A DNA stretch of 64,000 nt, taken from NCBI GenBank assembly GCA_000092065.1, contig CP000594.1; one strand, 5' to 3'. This document shows positions 28,331-38,259 of this stretch, piece after piece (position 1 is the first letter of the stretch; each line of letters starts with the position of its first letter). The notes beneath the pieces are model-generated. The model had not been told where the DNA came from. It saw nothing but the letters and a program-made list of their open reading frames with translations, and did not search any database. Source of the stretch: Ostreococcus lucimarinus. Taxonomy: Eukaryota. The position numbers and the translations under genes are program-made.

Positions 28331-29320
28331 ATGGGCGGACACTCGATCAACGATGCGTACGAAAAGCTGGAAAAGATTGGACAGGGGACGTACGGGAAGG
28401 TGTACAAGGCGCGCGAACGGGCGAACGGACGGCTGGTGGCGCTGAAGAAGACGAGGTTGGAGATGGAGGAGGAGGGCGTGCCGTCGACGGCGCTGCGAGA
28501 GGTGAGCCTGTTGCAAATGTTGAGCGAGAGCCCGTACATCGTGCGATTGCTTCGCGTCGAGCACGTGGAGGAAGACGGCAAGGCGATGCTGTATCTGGTG
28601 TTCGAATTCTTGGATCAAGATTTGAAGCAATACATGGATATGACTGGACGCGGGCCGACGAACCCGTTGCCGACGAGCGTGGTGCAAAACTACATGTACC
28701 AGCTGTGTTTGGGGTGCGCGCACTTGCACAAGCACGGGGTGATGCATCGGGATTTGAAACCGCAGAACATGCTGGTGGATAAGGCGAAGAATCTGCTCAA
28801 GATTGCGGATTTAGGACTCGGTAGAGCGTTCAGCGTGCCGGTGAAGAGTTACACGCACGAAATCGTCACGCTGTGGTATCGCGCGCCCGAAGTCTTGCTC
28901 GGGGGCTCGCATTACTCCACTCCGGTCGATATGTGGAGCGTCGGGTGTATGTTTGCCGAGATGGCGCGCAAGCAACCGCTTTTCCCGGGTGACTCCGAGC
29001 TTCAACAGTTGTTGCACATCTTCAAGCTTCTCGGAACGCCGAGCGAGCAAACGTGGCCGGGCGTCTCCAACCTTCGCGACTGGCACGAGTTCCCGCAGTG
29101 GAAGCCGCAAGATCTGTCCAAGGTGATCCCGCAGCTCGACGAGCACGGCATCGACTTGCTCTCCAAGCTTCTCGTCTACGATCCTGCCAAGCGCATCCAC
29201 GCCACGGACGCCTTGGAGCACCCGTACTTTGACTCTCTCGACAAGTCGCAGTTCGAGCAAATCGAACGCGAGTTCGAAATCGAGTTCGCGCAAGAAAAGG
29301 AGAATCGCATGGCGCAATGA
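28331..29320 (+). CDS. CDKB: B-type cyclin-dependent kinase (plant/algal-specific CDKB) with PSTALRE motif
   Basis: MGGHSINDAYEKLEKIGQGTYGKVYKA…EGVPSTALREVSLLQML…HRDLKPQNMLVD…DLGLGRAF…YTHEIVTLWYRAPEVLLG. PSTALRE, rather than PSTAIRE/PPTALRE, is the variant reported for Ostreococcus CDKB. True ATG. Confidence 0.95.
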   Translation: MGGHSINDAYEKLEKIGQGTYGKVYKARERANGRLVALKKTRLEMEEEGVPSTALREVSLLQMLSESPYIVRLLRVEHVEEDGKAMLYLVFEFLDQDLKQYMDMTGRGPTNPLPTSVVQNYMYQLCLGCAHLHKHGVMHRDLKPQNMLVDKAKNLLKIADLGLGRAFSVPVKSYTHEIVTLWYRAPEVLLGGSHYSTPVDMWSVGCMFAEMARKQPLFPGDSELQQLLHIFKLLGTPSEQTWPGVSNLRDWHEFPQWKPQDLSKVIPQLDEHGIDLLSKLLVYDPAKRIHATDALEHPYFDSLDKSQFEQIEREFEIEFAQEKENRMAQ

Positions 29321-29526
29321 TTCACTCGTCGCACGACCGATCGACGCACGATCAGCGGTTTTCACCGCTAACTTAATCACTCACACTTCATTGTATTCTA
29401 CACTACAATCGTCGAAGCCAAAGTCGCCGCGCTATCCACTCGTCGCGCGCGTCCCGCCGCCCCGACCTCAGAACGTCGCGTCTCGCCCGACGCCTCGCTC
29501 GCGCGCGCGGACGACGGTTCGTCACC

Positions 29527-31209
29527 ATGCGCGCGACGCCGTCGACGCTTCGAACGCCGTCCCGCGCGCGCGCGCCCGGTGCGGCGAACAGTCGGGGCTC
29601 GACCGCGCGCGCGCGCGCCATCCAACCGCCGAAAGCGCCCGATGCGTACCGCGGCGCGCTGTTCCCGGGCGTCGAGGTCCCCGATAATGATCTCGCGCGA
29701 TCGTTCAGCGCGCTGTTTCCGTGGGGAAACGGGGCGCGGGTGACGGAGAAGGTGCTGGGGGATTTGCTGAAGCCCGAGGTGCGCGCGGCGCCGCTCTTCG
29801 TGCCGCTGTACGATTACTACCGCGAATACGGCGGCGTGTACAACTTGGGCGCCGGACCGAAGTGGTTCGTCGTGGTGAGCGATCCGGTGGCGGTGCGGAC
29901 GATGTTCAAGGACCAGGCGGATAGCTTTTCGAAGGGGATACTGACGGATATCATGGAGCCGATTATGGGCGACGGGTTGATTCCGGCGAATAAGGAGATT
30001 TGGGCCAAGCGTCGACCGGTGATCGGGGCAGGATTCCACGGGGCGTGGTTGAAACACATGTGCAACTTATTTGGAGCGTCGGCGATGCGGTTGGCCGATA
30101 AGTTGGACACGTTCGTGGAGTCGGAGAAGACGGTGGAGCTCGAGAGCGAACTGTACGCGATGGCGCTCGACGTCATCGGCAAGGCGGTGTTTAATTATGA
30201 ATTCGGGGCGTTGAAGCAAGAGACACCGATCATCAAGGCAGTCTATCGCGTTTTGCGGGAAAGTGAGCACCGTTCGACGTTTCCGTTGCAGTATTGGCAG
30301 ATTCCTGGGGCGATGGAGCTCGTGCCGAGACAAAAGCAATTCAAGGAGGATATGAAAATGGTCAACGACGAGCTGTCAGTGTTGATTAATAACGCTATCG
30401 CGTCGCGAAACGAAACTGGCTTGGAGGAAATGGAGCGCAGAGACTATTCTAACGTCGAAGACGCGAGTCTGTTGCGGTTTTTGGTGGACATTCGTGGCGA
30501 CGAGGCGACGAGCACGCAGTTGAGAGACGACTTGATGACGATGCTCATCGCCGGCCACGAAACCACCGCCGCGGTGCTCACGTGGACGCTTTATTTACTT
30601 GCGCAGCACCCGGAAATCGCGGATGATGCGGTGGCTGAAATTAACGCCTGTGTTGAAAACGCTGACGGCATCCCCACGCCCGAGGAGGTGCGCAAGCTGG
30701 AAAAGGTTCGCATGATTCTCGCCGAGGGTATGCGCCTGTATCCGGCGCCGCCGATTTTGATTCGTCGTGCGATTAAGGATGTCACGCTCCCGCGCGGAGG
30801 TAACGGGAAGGAAATCACCTTGAAAGCCGGCACCGACTGTTTTATCGCGGTTTGGAACCTCCATCGGTCACCTGATTTGTGGGAGGATCCAGAAAAATTT
30901 GACCCGAGCCGGTTTTCGCGAAGGTTTGAAAATCCCGCCATTGAGGGCTGGGGCGGCTTGAATCCCGAACTAATGACTGGTTTATACCCGAACGAGCAGT
31001 GCACAGACTTTAGTTACGTGCCTTTCGGTGGCGGACAGCGTCGCTGCGCCGGTGATCAGTTTGCGATGCTCGAGGCAGTGACGGCGTTGAGCGTCTTGTT
31101 GAAAAAGTTTAAATTTGAGCTCGCGTGCGAGCCGGGCGAGGTCGAGATGATCACCGGGGCGACGATTCACACGAAGAAAGGGTTACCTATGAAGCTTAAG
31201 AGACGATAG
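29527..31209 (+). CDS. CYP97: Cytochrome P450 CYP97 family (chloroplast carotenoid ring hydroxylase, LUT1/LUT5-like)
   Basis: …LIPANKEIWAKRRPVIGAGFH…LIAGHETTAAVLTWTLYLL…EGMRLYPAPP…FDPSRF…FSYVPFGGGQRRCAGDQFAMLEA (heme-binding loop), with an N-terminal transit-peptide-like region. True ATG at 29527. Confidence 0.9.
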   Translation: MRATPSTLRTPSRARAPGAANSRGSTARARAIQPPKAPDAYRGALFPGVEVPDNDLARSFSALFPWGNGARVTEKVLGDLLKPEVRAAPLFVPLYDYYREYGGVYNLGAGPKWFVVVSDPVAVRTMFKDQADSFSKGILTDIMEPIMGDGLIPANKEIWAKRRPVIGAGFHGAWLKHMCNLFGASAMRLADKLDTFVESEKTVELESELYAMALDVIGKAVFNYEFGALKQETPIIKAVYRVLRESEHRSTFPLQYWQIPGAMELVPRQKQFKEDMKMVNDELSVLINNAIASRNETGLEEMERRDYSNVEDASLLRFLVDIRGDEATSTQLRDDLMTMLIAGHETTAAVLTWTLYLLAQHPEIADDAVAEINACVENADGIPTPEEVRKLEKVRMILAEGMRLYPAPPILIRRAIKDVTLPRGGNGKEITLKAGTDCFIAVWNLHRSPDLWEDPEKFDPSRFSRRFENPAIEGWGGLNPELMTGLYPNEQCTDFSYVPFGGGQRRCAGDQFAMLEAVTALSVLLKKFKFELACEPGEVEMITGATIHTKKGLPMKLKRR

Positions 31210-31378
31210 AGGCGTGTTGTAATGCATTTTTAGCGGCGGCGATTTTTATCAAGTGAACGATGGAGCTGTTCATCACAACGTCATGTACTTGTACAAAAGA
31301 ATTGGTGCAAATAGGATACAGGCTTCGTGTTAGTGGTGTGGGTGGTAGAGAAGAATCTTGAAACTTGAATTGGTCGGT

Positions 31379-32983
31379 TTACGCCGTCTTAACGACGGAC
31401 TTCCGACCTTTGCGTCGAGCGTTGCCGTAACGTGCCTCGAGATCGAGAACACGCTCGAGAAACTCGGGCGGCGTGTCTTGCTTGCGACGCGACTGCGCGG
31501 GGAGCGATGCGAGTTGAAGAAGGTTACGCCACTTATCCTTCAAATCCATCGCAGTACGACGCTCGAGGGCTGGATCGTCTGACTTTTTAATGACAGTCCA
31601 TCGGCACCCGCCGCAGCGTTCGACGCCGTCGACGAGCGCCTCCGCCTCCACCGCCGTCCACGGCGAATGGTGCTTGCTTCGACGCACGCCCTTGACGTTC
31701 GACGAAGGCGATGCGGCGATTGGCTCTGCCTTGACCGCGGTGACCGCATCCGTCGCCGCTGCTTTCACCGTCGCAACCGACGTACCACTGCGCGGCGCGC
31801 GATTTTCCTTGGAGCTTCGCTGCGCGCCCTCGTTCCCTTTGCTCGACGCCAACACGCGAACTTGCTCGAGAATATCTGCTGGCACACCATTCACTTCACG
31901 ACGCTTGTACAGAGCGGGCAGCATGGCCACGCGCAAGAGGTTACGCCATTTATCCTTGAGATCGACGGCGCTGCGGTTGACGAGCGCATCGGAAACGCCG
32001 TCGAGGCGCAAGGCCTTGATATCCGCCCATTGCCCACGTCCGTAGTGCGTGACGCCGCGAACCAAAGCTTTAACTTCGGGTAGACTCCAAGGGCGATGCG
32101 TCTTGGGTTTCGCGGGTGCCGCCATCGCGCCAACGTCGAAGCGCGCCGCTTCGGGCGCCGACGGGGGCTTGGGCGCCGCGCTCGGCGCCGCGTCAAACGT
32201 CGTCAAATTCGATCGTGCCCTAGAGGTTTTCATCGTTCGGCGCTTCTTCGGGCATCTCACCGAAAGTGGGCCGAGGTACTCGCTTCGTCGTTTCCCTTGC
32301 CCGCGCGGTTTAGGCGCCGGAGCCGTCGGGTGTTCGTTTTCGTCATCCGATCCGCGCGTCATCATGGCGCACAGCACGTTTGCCGCGGAGAACGGGGATT
32401 GAATCCCCGGCGTTTGCGTGCGGTCGGGCACGGACAACGCCTCGAGACGAGCATTTTTCAAAGACGTCGGCACGGTGAGCATGGGCGGCGGCGGTATCAT
32501 CATCGCCAATCCTCTTCCCGAGCACGTCGCCTCTTGCCCAGCCTCCACGCGCTCGCCGCCCTCGACGTCTTCGCCATCGACGTGCGTCGTCGTTCGATGG
32601 CTCCCATCGCTCGCACTCGGCGAGTTTTTCTTCTCGTCCTCAACACCGCCGCGAAACGTCGCACCGGCGGGCGTCGCGCCCATCCCCACCATCGGCATCA
32701 TCGCGAACGGATTAAACGGCATCGGCGCGAAAATCATCGGCGCCGTGACCCCTCCATCCGTCATCCCGCCCTTCATCACCGCCGCCTGTCGCCGCAATCC
32801 CTCAACGTTCGGCCCGAACGCCGCCATCATCATCGCGTTGCCCGGCATGGCGAACGGAAACCCGCCCGCCGCCGTCGCCGCCGCCGTGCGCGTCGCCGCG
32901 CCCCCCCCCTCGCGCGCCTTCGCGTCCCCATCTCTTCGCATCTCCGCCGCATGCCGTCGCACCGCGATCGCCGGAGGCGTCAT
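31379..32983 (-). CDS. Double Myb/SANT telobox-type protein (TRF-like telomere-repeat-binding-factor family)
   Basis: Two Myb domains end in the telobox signature: WSLPEVKALVRGVTHYGRGQWADIKAL…AVDLKDKWRNLL and WTAVEAEALVDGVERCGGCRWTVIKKSDDPALERRTAMDLKDKWRNLL. The N-terminus is low-complexity (M/A/G/P-rich). Codon 1 of the track ORF is TTG; start set to the first ATG (MTPPAIAV…). Confidence 0.75.
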   Translation of the reverse strand: MTPPAIAVRRHAAEMRRDGDAKAREGGGAATRTAAATAAGGFPFAMPGNAMMMAAFGPNVEGLRRQAAVMKGGMTDGGVTAPMIFAPMPFNPFAMMPMVGMGATPAGATFRGGVEDEKKNSPSASDGSHRTTTHVDGEDVEGGERVEAGQEATCSGRGLAMMIPPPPMLTVPTSLKNARLEALSVPDRTQTPGIQSPFSAANVLCAMMTRGSDDENEHPTAPAPKPRGQGKRRSEYLGPLSVRCPKKRRTMKTSRARSNLTTFDAAPSAAPKPPSAPEAARFDVGAMAAPAKPKTHRPWSLPEVKALVRGVTHYGRGQWADIKALRLDGVSDALVNRSAVDLKDKWRNLLRVAMLPALYKRREVNGVPADILEQVRVLASSKGNEGAQRSSKENRAPRSGTSVATVKAAATDAVTAVKAEPIAASPSSNVKGVRRSKHHSPWTAVEAEALVDGVERCGGCRWTVIKKSDDPALERRTAMDLKDKWRNLLQLASLPAQSRRKQDTPPEFLERVLDLEARYGNARRKGRKSVVKTA

Positions 32984-33780
32984 CTTTAATCTGCATCGCG
33001 AGAAATCGCACGCATTCGTCAGTCTCGCGTCCTTCGCGCGCGCGCGCGGGTGGATAATCCACTCCCGAGCGTTACTCAAAATAAACAATACTCGGACATT
33101 CGACTCGTATACGAGTATACGAAATCCCGATCACCCAAAACCGTATCTGATCGCGTCCCACCGCTGTCTCCGCGTCGCTTCCGTCGGGTCGTTGACGACG
33201 CCATCGAACGCGCGCGCGGACGCGCGCGCCGACGCCCTCGCGCCGCGCGCGCCGCGCGCGTGATGCGCAAGAATCTTTCGCACCCCTCGACGCGGCACCA
33301 CCCCCCCCTCCCGCGCGCGCGCGCGAGATCGACGCCCGCGGTCGACCTCCGCGCGCACGCGCCATCGTCCGTCCGCGCCGCGCCCCCGTCCGCGCGACGC
33401 CCTTCCGTCCGCGCGCGCGACGCCATCGCGCGAAGTCCTAACTCACGCACCGTATCCGCGAGCGCTCGCGCCGTTCGACGCCCCTCGCGCGCGCGCGTCG
33501 CCGACGTCGCCGCGCGTTCGAATGTCGCCGCGCGTGGCGACCGCGACGTGTCGGGCGTCCGCGATTTTGGCGCGAAAAAGATTTCCCATACTCCAGCGCG
33601 TTTTCGCCCATCGTTGCGTGTTTATACCGTATAGGCACCCTCGGCGATCCAGGGCAACTCTATCCGGGCGAGAGATTTTTTTAACTTTTCGGGTGTCTTT
33701 TTGCGCGTCGTGTCGAGTCGTGACTCGTCGATGGGGGGGGACTCGCGACCGCCCCCGGAGATATCTGACGTGGATTGTGT

Positions 33781-35769
33781 ATGAGTGTGCGGTCGAGGAG
33801 GGGGGTTGCTAAGATGTTGGCAGATGTTGCCGATCGAATTGACGTCCGCGTCGACGCGCGCGCGCCGGGATTCGTCGACGCGCGCGTCGACGCGCGGTCG
33901 CGGACGTCGGCGTCGATGTGGTCGAACGCGTCGACGCCGTCGATGCCGAGCGCGGAGGAACTGCGCGCGGCGTACGCGGCGAAACAGCGCGTCGACGCGA
34001 TGGCGGATTACGCGAGTCGCGCCGCGGCGGGCGCGCGCGAGGGCGTCGCGAGCGCGCTCGCGAGCGCGAGGACGGGCGCGAGCGAACCGCGGGATGCGTC
34101 GGTGCGCGCGGGGGGGGTAGGCGGCTCGGGAGGGGCGGGGGGTCTGGGGGAGAGGCGATGGACGTGTCACGCGTGCGAGCGGCTCGAGGGCGGCGGGCGA
34201 GGGCCGACGCGCGACGGGACGATCGTGCAGCCGGCGAACGTGCCGATGGTGCTGTTGGAGGTGAAGGGGGAGGTTGTGGAGCGGTGCGCGCTGCCGATGG
34301 GGAAGGATGATTTGGTGAAGGGGGAGATGATGACCATCGGGAAGTGGTTGGCGCGCGTCGTCGGGGCGGAGGGCGCGACGCCGGAGAAGCCGAGGGTGTT
34401 GGTGCGACCGCCTGAGGCGGAGGATGAGGCGAGCAAGCGCGCGGGCGGAGCGGTGGTGGCGCAGCACGCGGTGGCGCAGCACGCGGTGGCGCAGCACGCG
34501 CCACCGTTGATGATTCCGACGCCGAGTTTGGCGACGCAGCCTCGAGCGGGCGGGCTCGAGGCGCCGGGCGCGCGACGAGAATATTATCGCGAAGAACATC
34601 AGCAGCAGTATCAGCAGCATCCGTCGCCGCCGCAGCAGCAGCCTAGATACCAGATATACGAACCGCCGCCGAGATTCGAGCGCGCGGTCGATCCCGACAC
34701 CGGCACCCGCGAACGGTGGATGGGCGGCGGTTGGCGAGGGCGAGGGAGCGGAGACGATCGTCCGCGCGGTGTGACGCAGCAAGAGGTCGACGCTGCGCGA
34801 GCGCGTTTGTTAGAGCTCGAGCAAGAAGCGAGAATTCGCGCCGAGGTCGCTGCCGCCGAGGCGATGGCGCGTCAACAACAAGCTGAAGCCGCGAGGCTTT
34901 CAGCGGAAACTGCGCTGGAGCAAATGTCTCAAGCCGAGGCGGCGAATCGCGCGGTAAGAGACGCAGAGTACGCCGCCGCGGAGGCGAAACGATTAGCGTA
35001 TTTCGCTGCAGAAAATCAACGCGAAGCAGAGAGTCAATTCATCTCCATGCTTCCCTTGGACGGCGTGGAGACGGCAGTAGAGGCGCAGCGCCGAGTAACG
35101 GAACTCGACGATATTCAGCGTCGCATCGCGGAGCACGAGCGCGCGGCGGCGGCGCACACGCTCGCCCCGCCGCCGCGAGAAGTGCCGCATCAGTATCCAT
35201 CGTCTGTGGCGCCTCAGGCACCACCCATGGTGACGTACGCGCCGCCGCTACCGCAACAGGAACAGCAGCAATACCAGCCGCCGCAACAGCAGTACCGGCC
35301 GCCACAACAACAGCAGGAATACCAGCCGCCGCATCGGCAACAACAGTACCAGCCGCCGCCGCAACAACAGCAGCAGCAGCCAGCTTCCACCGTTTCAGTG
35401 CGTTTCGAGGCTCCATATCAGCCGCCTCCGCAATCAGCGCCGAAACGGGCGGAGGCGGAGATCGAGTACACGACTTCGCCATCCAACGTCAAGGACAGAG
35501 CGGCGGCGTTCGGGCACGTCACCATCAAATCCAAGCCAGCGTCTCGTCCCGTCGACCCAGTCGCTCAAACGTACGCGAACAGTGGTACGTCGCAAACGAG
35601 CGCAAGTCCGCACGCGTTGGCGCAAGTCATGCGTCAAGAGCGCCCACCGACGGCATCCCAACAGCAGCAGCAGCAGCTCCCTTCGAAGAAGGAAGAAACG
35701 CCCGAGGAGCTCCGGCGAAAGATTGCACTGCTCGAGCGCTTGGCGCGTTCGAGAGGTCTTATCGCGTGA
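33781..35769 (+). CDS. Gln/Pro-rich low-complexity protein with central coiled-coil (QQQYQPP-type imperfect repeats), function unknown
   Basis: Long ORF with mixed composition: structured-looking N-terminal third (…RWTCHACERLEGG…VKGEVVERCALPMGKDDLVKGEMMTIGKWLARVVG…), coiled-coil middle, then PPQQQYRPPQQQQEYQPPHRQQQYQPPPQQQQQQ. The track start is TTG; the first ATG is 33781 (a second at 33814). Confidence 0.55.
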   Translation: MSVRSRRGVAKMLADVADRIDVRVDARAPGFVDARVDARSRTSASMWSNASTPSMPSAEELRAAYAAKQRVDAMADYASRAAAGAREGVASALASARTGASEPRDASVRAGGVGGSGGAGGLGERRWTCHACERLEGGGRGPTRDGTIVQPANVPMVLLEVKGEVVERCALPMGKDDLVKGEMMTIGKWLARVVGAEGATPEKPRVLVRPPEAEDEASKRAGGAVVAQHAVAQHAVAQHAPPLMIPTPSLATQPRAGGLEAPGARREYYREEHQQQYQQHPSPPQQQPRYQIYEPPPRFERAVDPDTGTRERWMGGGWRGRGSGDDRPRGVTQQEVDAARARLLELEQEARIRAEVAAAEAMARQQQAEAARLSAETALEQMSQAEAANRAVRDAEYAAAEAKRLAYFAAENQREAESQFISMLPLDGVETAVEAQRRVTELDDIQRRIAEHERAAAAHTLAPPPREVPHQYPSSVAPQAPPMVTYAPPLPQQEQQQYQPPQQQYRPPQQQQEYQPPHRQQQYQPPPQQQQQQPASTVSVRFEAPYQPPPQSAPKRAEAEIEYTTSPSNVKDRAAAFGHVTIKSKPASRPVDPVAQTYANSGTSQTSASPHALAQVMRQERPPTASQQQQQQLPSKKEETPEELRRKIALLERLARSRGLIA

Positions 35770-35840
35770 GTGACGTTCGATCACGTTCTTTCCAGTCGTT
35801 CATTGTCATGTACAATAATGTATCTAGTATTTCTATGTGT

Positions 35841-37895
35841 CTACTTTTTGCCCTTACCTCGCCGTGGCGGCCCGCCTTTATTTGCCTTGTCCATCTTGCC
35901 GAGTACGCCGTCCATGCCGCGGCGCTTGCCTCGCGCGTGCCCCGACACTTGTTCCTTCCACGCGCCCTCGGCGCGTAAACCTTCGTCAACACCGTATTCA
36001 TCTGCCGTCCGAGCTTTACCGAGACGCTTCATGGACTCGCTCTTCGGCGCGGAAGCGTCGAAGAAGGCTTCTCGATTACCCGTGACGCGAGCGCGTTTGG
36101 TCTTTTCCTGAGCGCGCTCGAGCTTGGCGCGCTCTTGCAAAGGCAAGTCAGCCTTGGTGGCGCGACCGTCTTTGAACGCGTTGGCGTGGAACTCGTCTTT
36201 CGCGGCGTACATCTTCGGTTCGTTGGCGTCGTCGTCGTCGACTTCGTCTCCGCCGTCTGCGTCTCCTTCGTCGTCGCTCACCAACTCGAAATGATCCTCC
36301 AATATCTCCTTGCGCTCATTTTTCTTGAGTTTTGGCGCGTTAGGGTGCAGCGCCTTGAACGCTTCGTCGTCTTCATTGATTTCGAATTGCTCATCCTTGA
36401 ACATCGCCGCAAAACGGTCGTCATCGAGCAAGCTTCCGCCAGGCGCGACGACGCCGACGTCGTCGCCGTCCTCGTCCACGCCTTCGACATCCTCCCTTTC
36501 GGCGGTACCGATGCGCGCGGCGAGCATGGCGTTGACCTTTGGCGCCTTCTTTTTGACCGTAATTCTGCTCGTACGCTCCTCCTCGAGCTTCTCCTTGATT
36601 TTCTTCTTCTTGAAGTCTTCGTAAGAGAATGGCTCAGCGATCGCCTTTGCCTTGCCGTACAGGCGATTGTCCATGAAGTAACCGTGCATGTACGCCCTGA
36701 GCATCTTGGTCCCGATCAAGTGCGAGAGATGGAGCTTGTCTAACTCCTCCTTTGTGACGAATCTGTAATCGTCGTACAAGGTCTCTTGCTGTTGCTCTTC
36801 CATTTCTTCCGTGAGATTTTCGAGGAACGAGCACCACTTCGGCGCCGCGCCGAGCGCCGGCGTGAAATATACGCTCATCTGCGTGTGCTCCTGTGTCATC
36901 ATCATCAGCCCAGTTTTGTCCCACATGCACAAATCATTGATTTCGTATCCGGGCTCGATCGAGGTGTACGGCGTGCCCGTGCGTTCGTCCCAAACTTTGA
37001 CGATTTTCTTATCCGTCGACACCACGCGTCGCGTGCCATCCACCGACGTGTGATACTTCAAATCAATAATTGGAAATCCGTTCATGTGATCCTTCACCCT
37101 GAGCGGTCGCGAGCTTCGCAAATCATACAGCCTGATGTATCCACCCTCGCTACCGACGGCGATTTGCAACCCATTCGGGTCGAATCGCAGCGAAGTCACG
37201 CCGCCCTCGTCTCGCTGGTCGCACACCCGCATCGTCGCGCACGACTTTCTCGCGCGCAAATCAAAACACTCCAACTCTCCATCCCCCGATCCCGCGGCGA
37301 ACAATCCGTGCGTCGGTGATATTCCACACACATTCAACTCCTCGCACGCGCTCTCTAACGGCTGTAAGAACCGCCCTTGCTCTAAATTCAACCGCCACAC
37401 CTCGCTCGAGCTCCCGACCACGCACAAGTCCCCGGTGTTCTCCGAGTACGCCAAATCCCGTCCCTGCTTCGGCGTTCGCGTCTGATAATACGCCCCAAAC
37501 TTTGCGTGAAACCGAATCGACCTATCCGCGCACAAAAACGCCAACTTCGAGTAATCATCGCTCAGGCATTGAAAATCCACCACCTCCGCGTCCAGCCCGC
37601 GCGACCACTTCGCGCTCAGCTGGCTCAAATCGTAGCACTTCACCTGCGGCGGGTGCAGCCCGCTCACGATCGCGTACCGCCCGTCCGCCGTCACCTTACA
37701 CCGCCCCGACGACGCCGGAAAGTTCAAGTCCTGCACCAGCTCGATCCGCCGCTGATACTCGACGTTCTTCCGCAGCTTGCGCGTCGATTTCTCGAGCTTG
37801 GCCCACTCCGGCGCCGCGCGCGCCGCGCTCACCTCGTACACCTTCACCCCGTTCAGCTCGCGGAGCTTGATGGCGCCGCCGTCGAGGGACGTCAT
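35841..37895 (-). CDS. NOL10: Nucleolar protein 10 (NOL10/Enp2; WD-repeat + NUC153 domain, ribosome biogenesis)
   Basis: Collinear match to NOL10 blocks: NGVKVYEVS, RRIELVQDLNFP, VKCYDLSQLS, FQCLSDDYSKLAFL, EVWRLNLEQGRFLQPL, YRFVTKEELDKLHLSHLIGTKMLRAYMHGYFMD. Start set to ATG M55 (MTSLDGGAIKLREL…). Confidence 0.9.
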   Translation of the reverse strand: MTSLDGGAIKLRELNGVKVYEVSAARAAPEWAKLEKSTRKLRKNVEYQRRIELVQDLNFPASSGRCKVTADGRYAIVSGLHPPQVKCYDLSQLSAKWSRGLDAEVVDFQCLSDDYSKLAFLCADRSIRFHAKFGAYYQTRTPKQGRDLAYSENTGDLCVVGSSSEVWRLNLEQGRFLQPLESACEELNVCGISPTHGLFAAGSGDGELECFDLRARKSCATMRVCDQRDEGGVTSLRFDPNGLQIAVGSEGGYIRLYDLRSSRPLRVKDHMNGFPIIDLKYHTSVDGTRRVVSTDKKIVKVWDERTGTPYTSIEPGYEINDLCMWDKTGLMMMTQEHTQMSVYFTPALGAAPKWCSFLENLTEEMEEQQQETLYDDYRFVTKEELDKLHLSHLIGTKMLRAYMHGYFMDNRLYGKAKAIAEPFSYEDFKKKKIKEKLEEERTSRITVKKKAPKVNAMLAARIGTAEREDVEGVDEDGDDVGVVAPGGSLLDDDRFAAMFKDEQFEINEDDEAFKALHPNAPKLKKNERKEILEDHFELVSDDEGDADGGDEVDDDDANEPKMYAAKDEFHANAFKDGRATKADLPLQERAKLERAQEKTKRARVTGNREAFFDASAPKSESMKRLGKARTADEYGVDEGLRAEGAWKEQVSGHARGKRRGMDGVLGKMDKANKGGPPRRGKGKK

Positions 37896-37990
37896 CGCTC
37901 GCGCGTCCGCGCCGCGTCGCGTGTCCCGCCGCTCGCGCGCGCGCGTCGTCGTGTGCGACGTCGCGCCGCCGCCGGTCGCCGGTCGCGTTC

Positions 37991-38215
37991 GTTCGATCGA
38001 TCGATCGATCGATCGCGCGCGTCGCGCGTCAAACCTCGACGCGTCGATGCGACGCATCTATCGATCGACGCGCGCGGGTTCAATCGGCGCGCGGCGTCGT
38101 CGATCGATCGATCGATCGCGCGCGTCGCGCGTCGAACCTCGACGCGCCGATGCGACGCATCTATCGATCGACGCGCGCGGGTTCGATCGGCGCGCGGCGT
38201 CGTCGATCGAACGAT
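37991..38215. repeat. Two tandem copies of a ~109-bp unit, each starting with a (GATC)4-5 tetranucleotide run, in the NOL10/GT47 divergent promoter
   Basis: …cgatcgatcgatcgatcgcgcgcgtcgcgcgtc(a/g)aacctcgacgcg(t/c)cgatgcgacgcatctatcgatcgacgcgcgcgggttc(a/g)atcggcgcgcggcgtcgtcgatcga… occurs twice at ~96% identity. The same peptide (SIDRSIDRARRASNLDASMRRIYRSTRAGSIGARRRRS) appears twice in the spurious upstream extension of ORF 37777. Boundaries ±3. Confidence 0.75.
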
Positions 38216-38259
38216 CGACCGCGCGACGCCGCGCGCGCACACGGCGACGGCGCGCGTCG

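Noticed and set aside
27448-28782. Ala/Arg/Gly-rich ORFs 27448..28782 (+), 27496..28581 (-), 27887..28747 (-) spanning the CDKB promoter and CDS
   Set aside because: Low-complexity compositional artefacts overlapping the CDKB gene in wrong frames/strand.
38058-38240. tRNA-like T-arm-looking motif GCGCGGGTTCAATCGGCGCGC
   Set aside because: It occurs twice because it is part of the 109-bp tandem repeat. There is no acceptor or anticodon stem, so it is not a tRNA.
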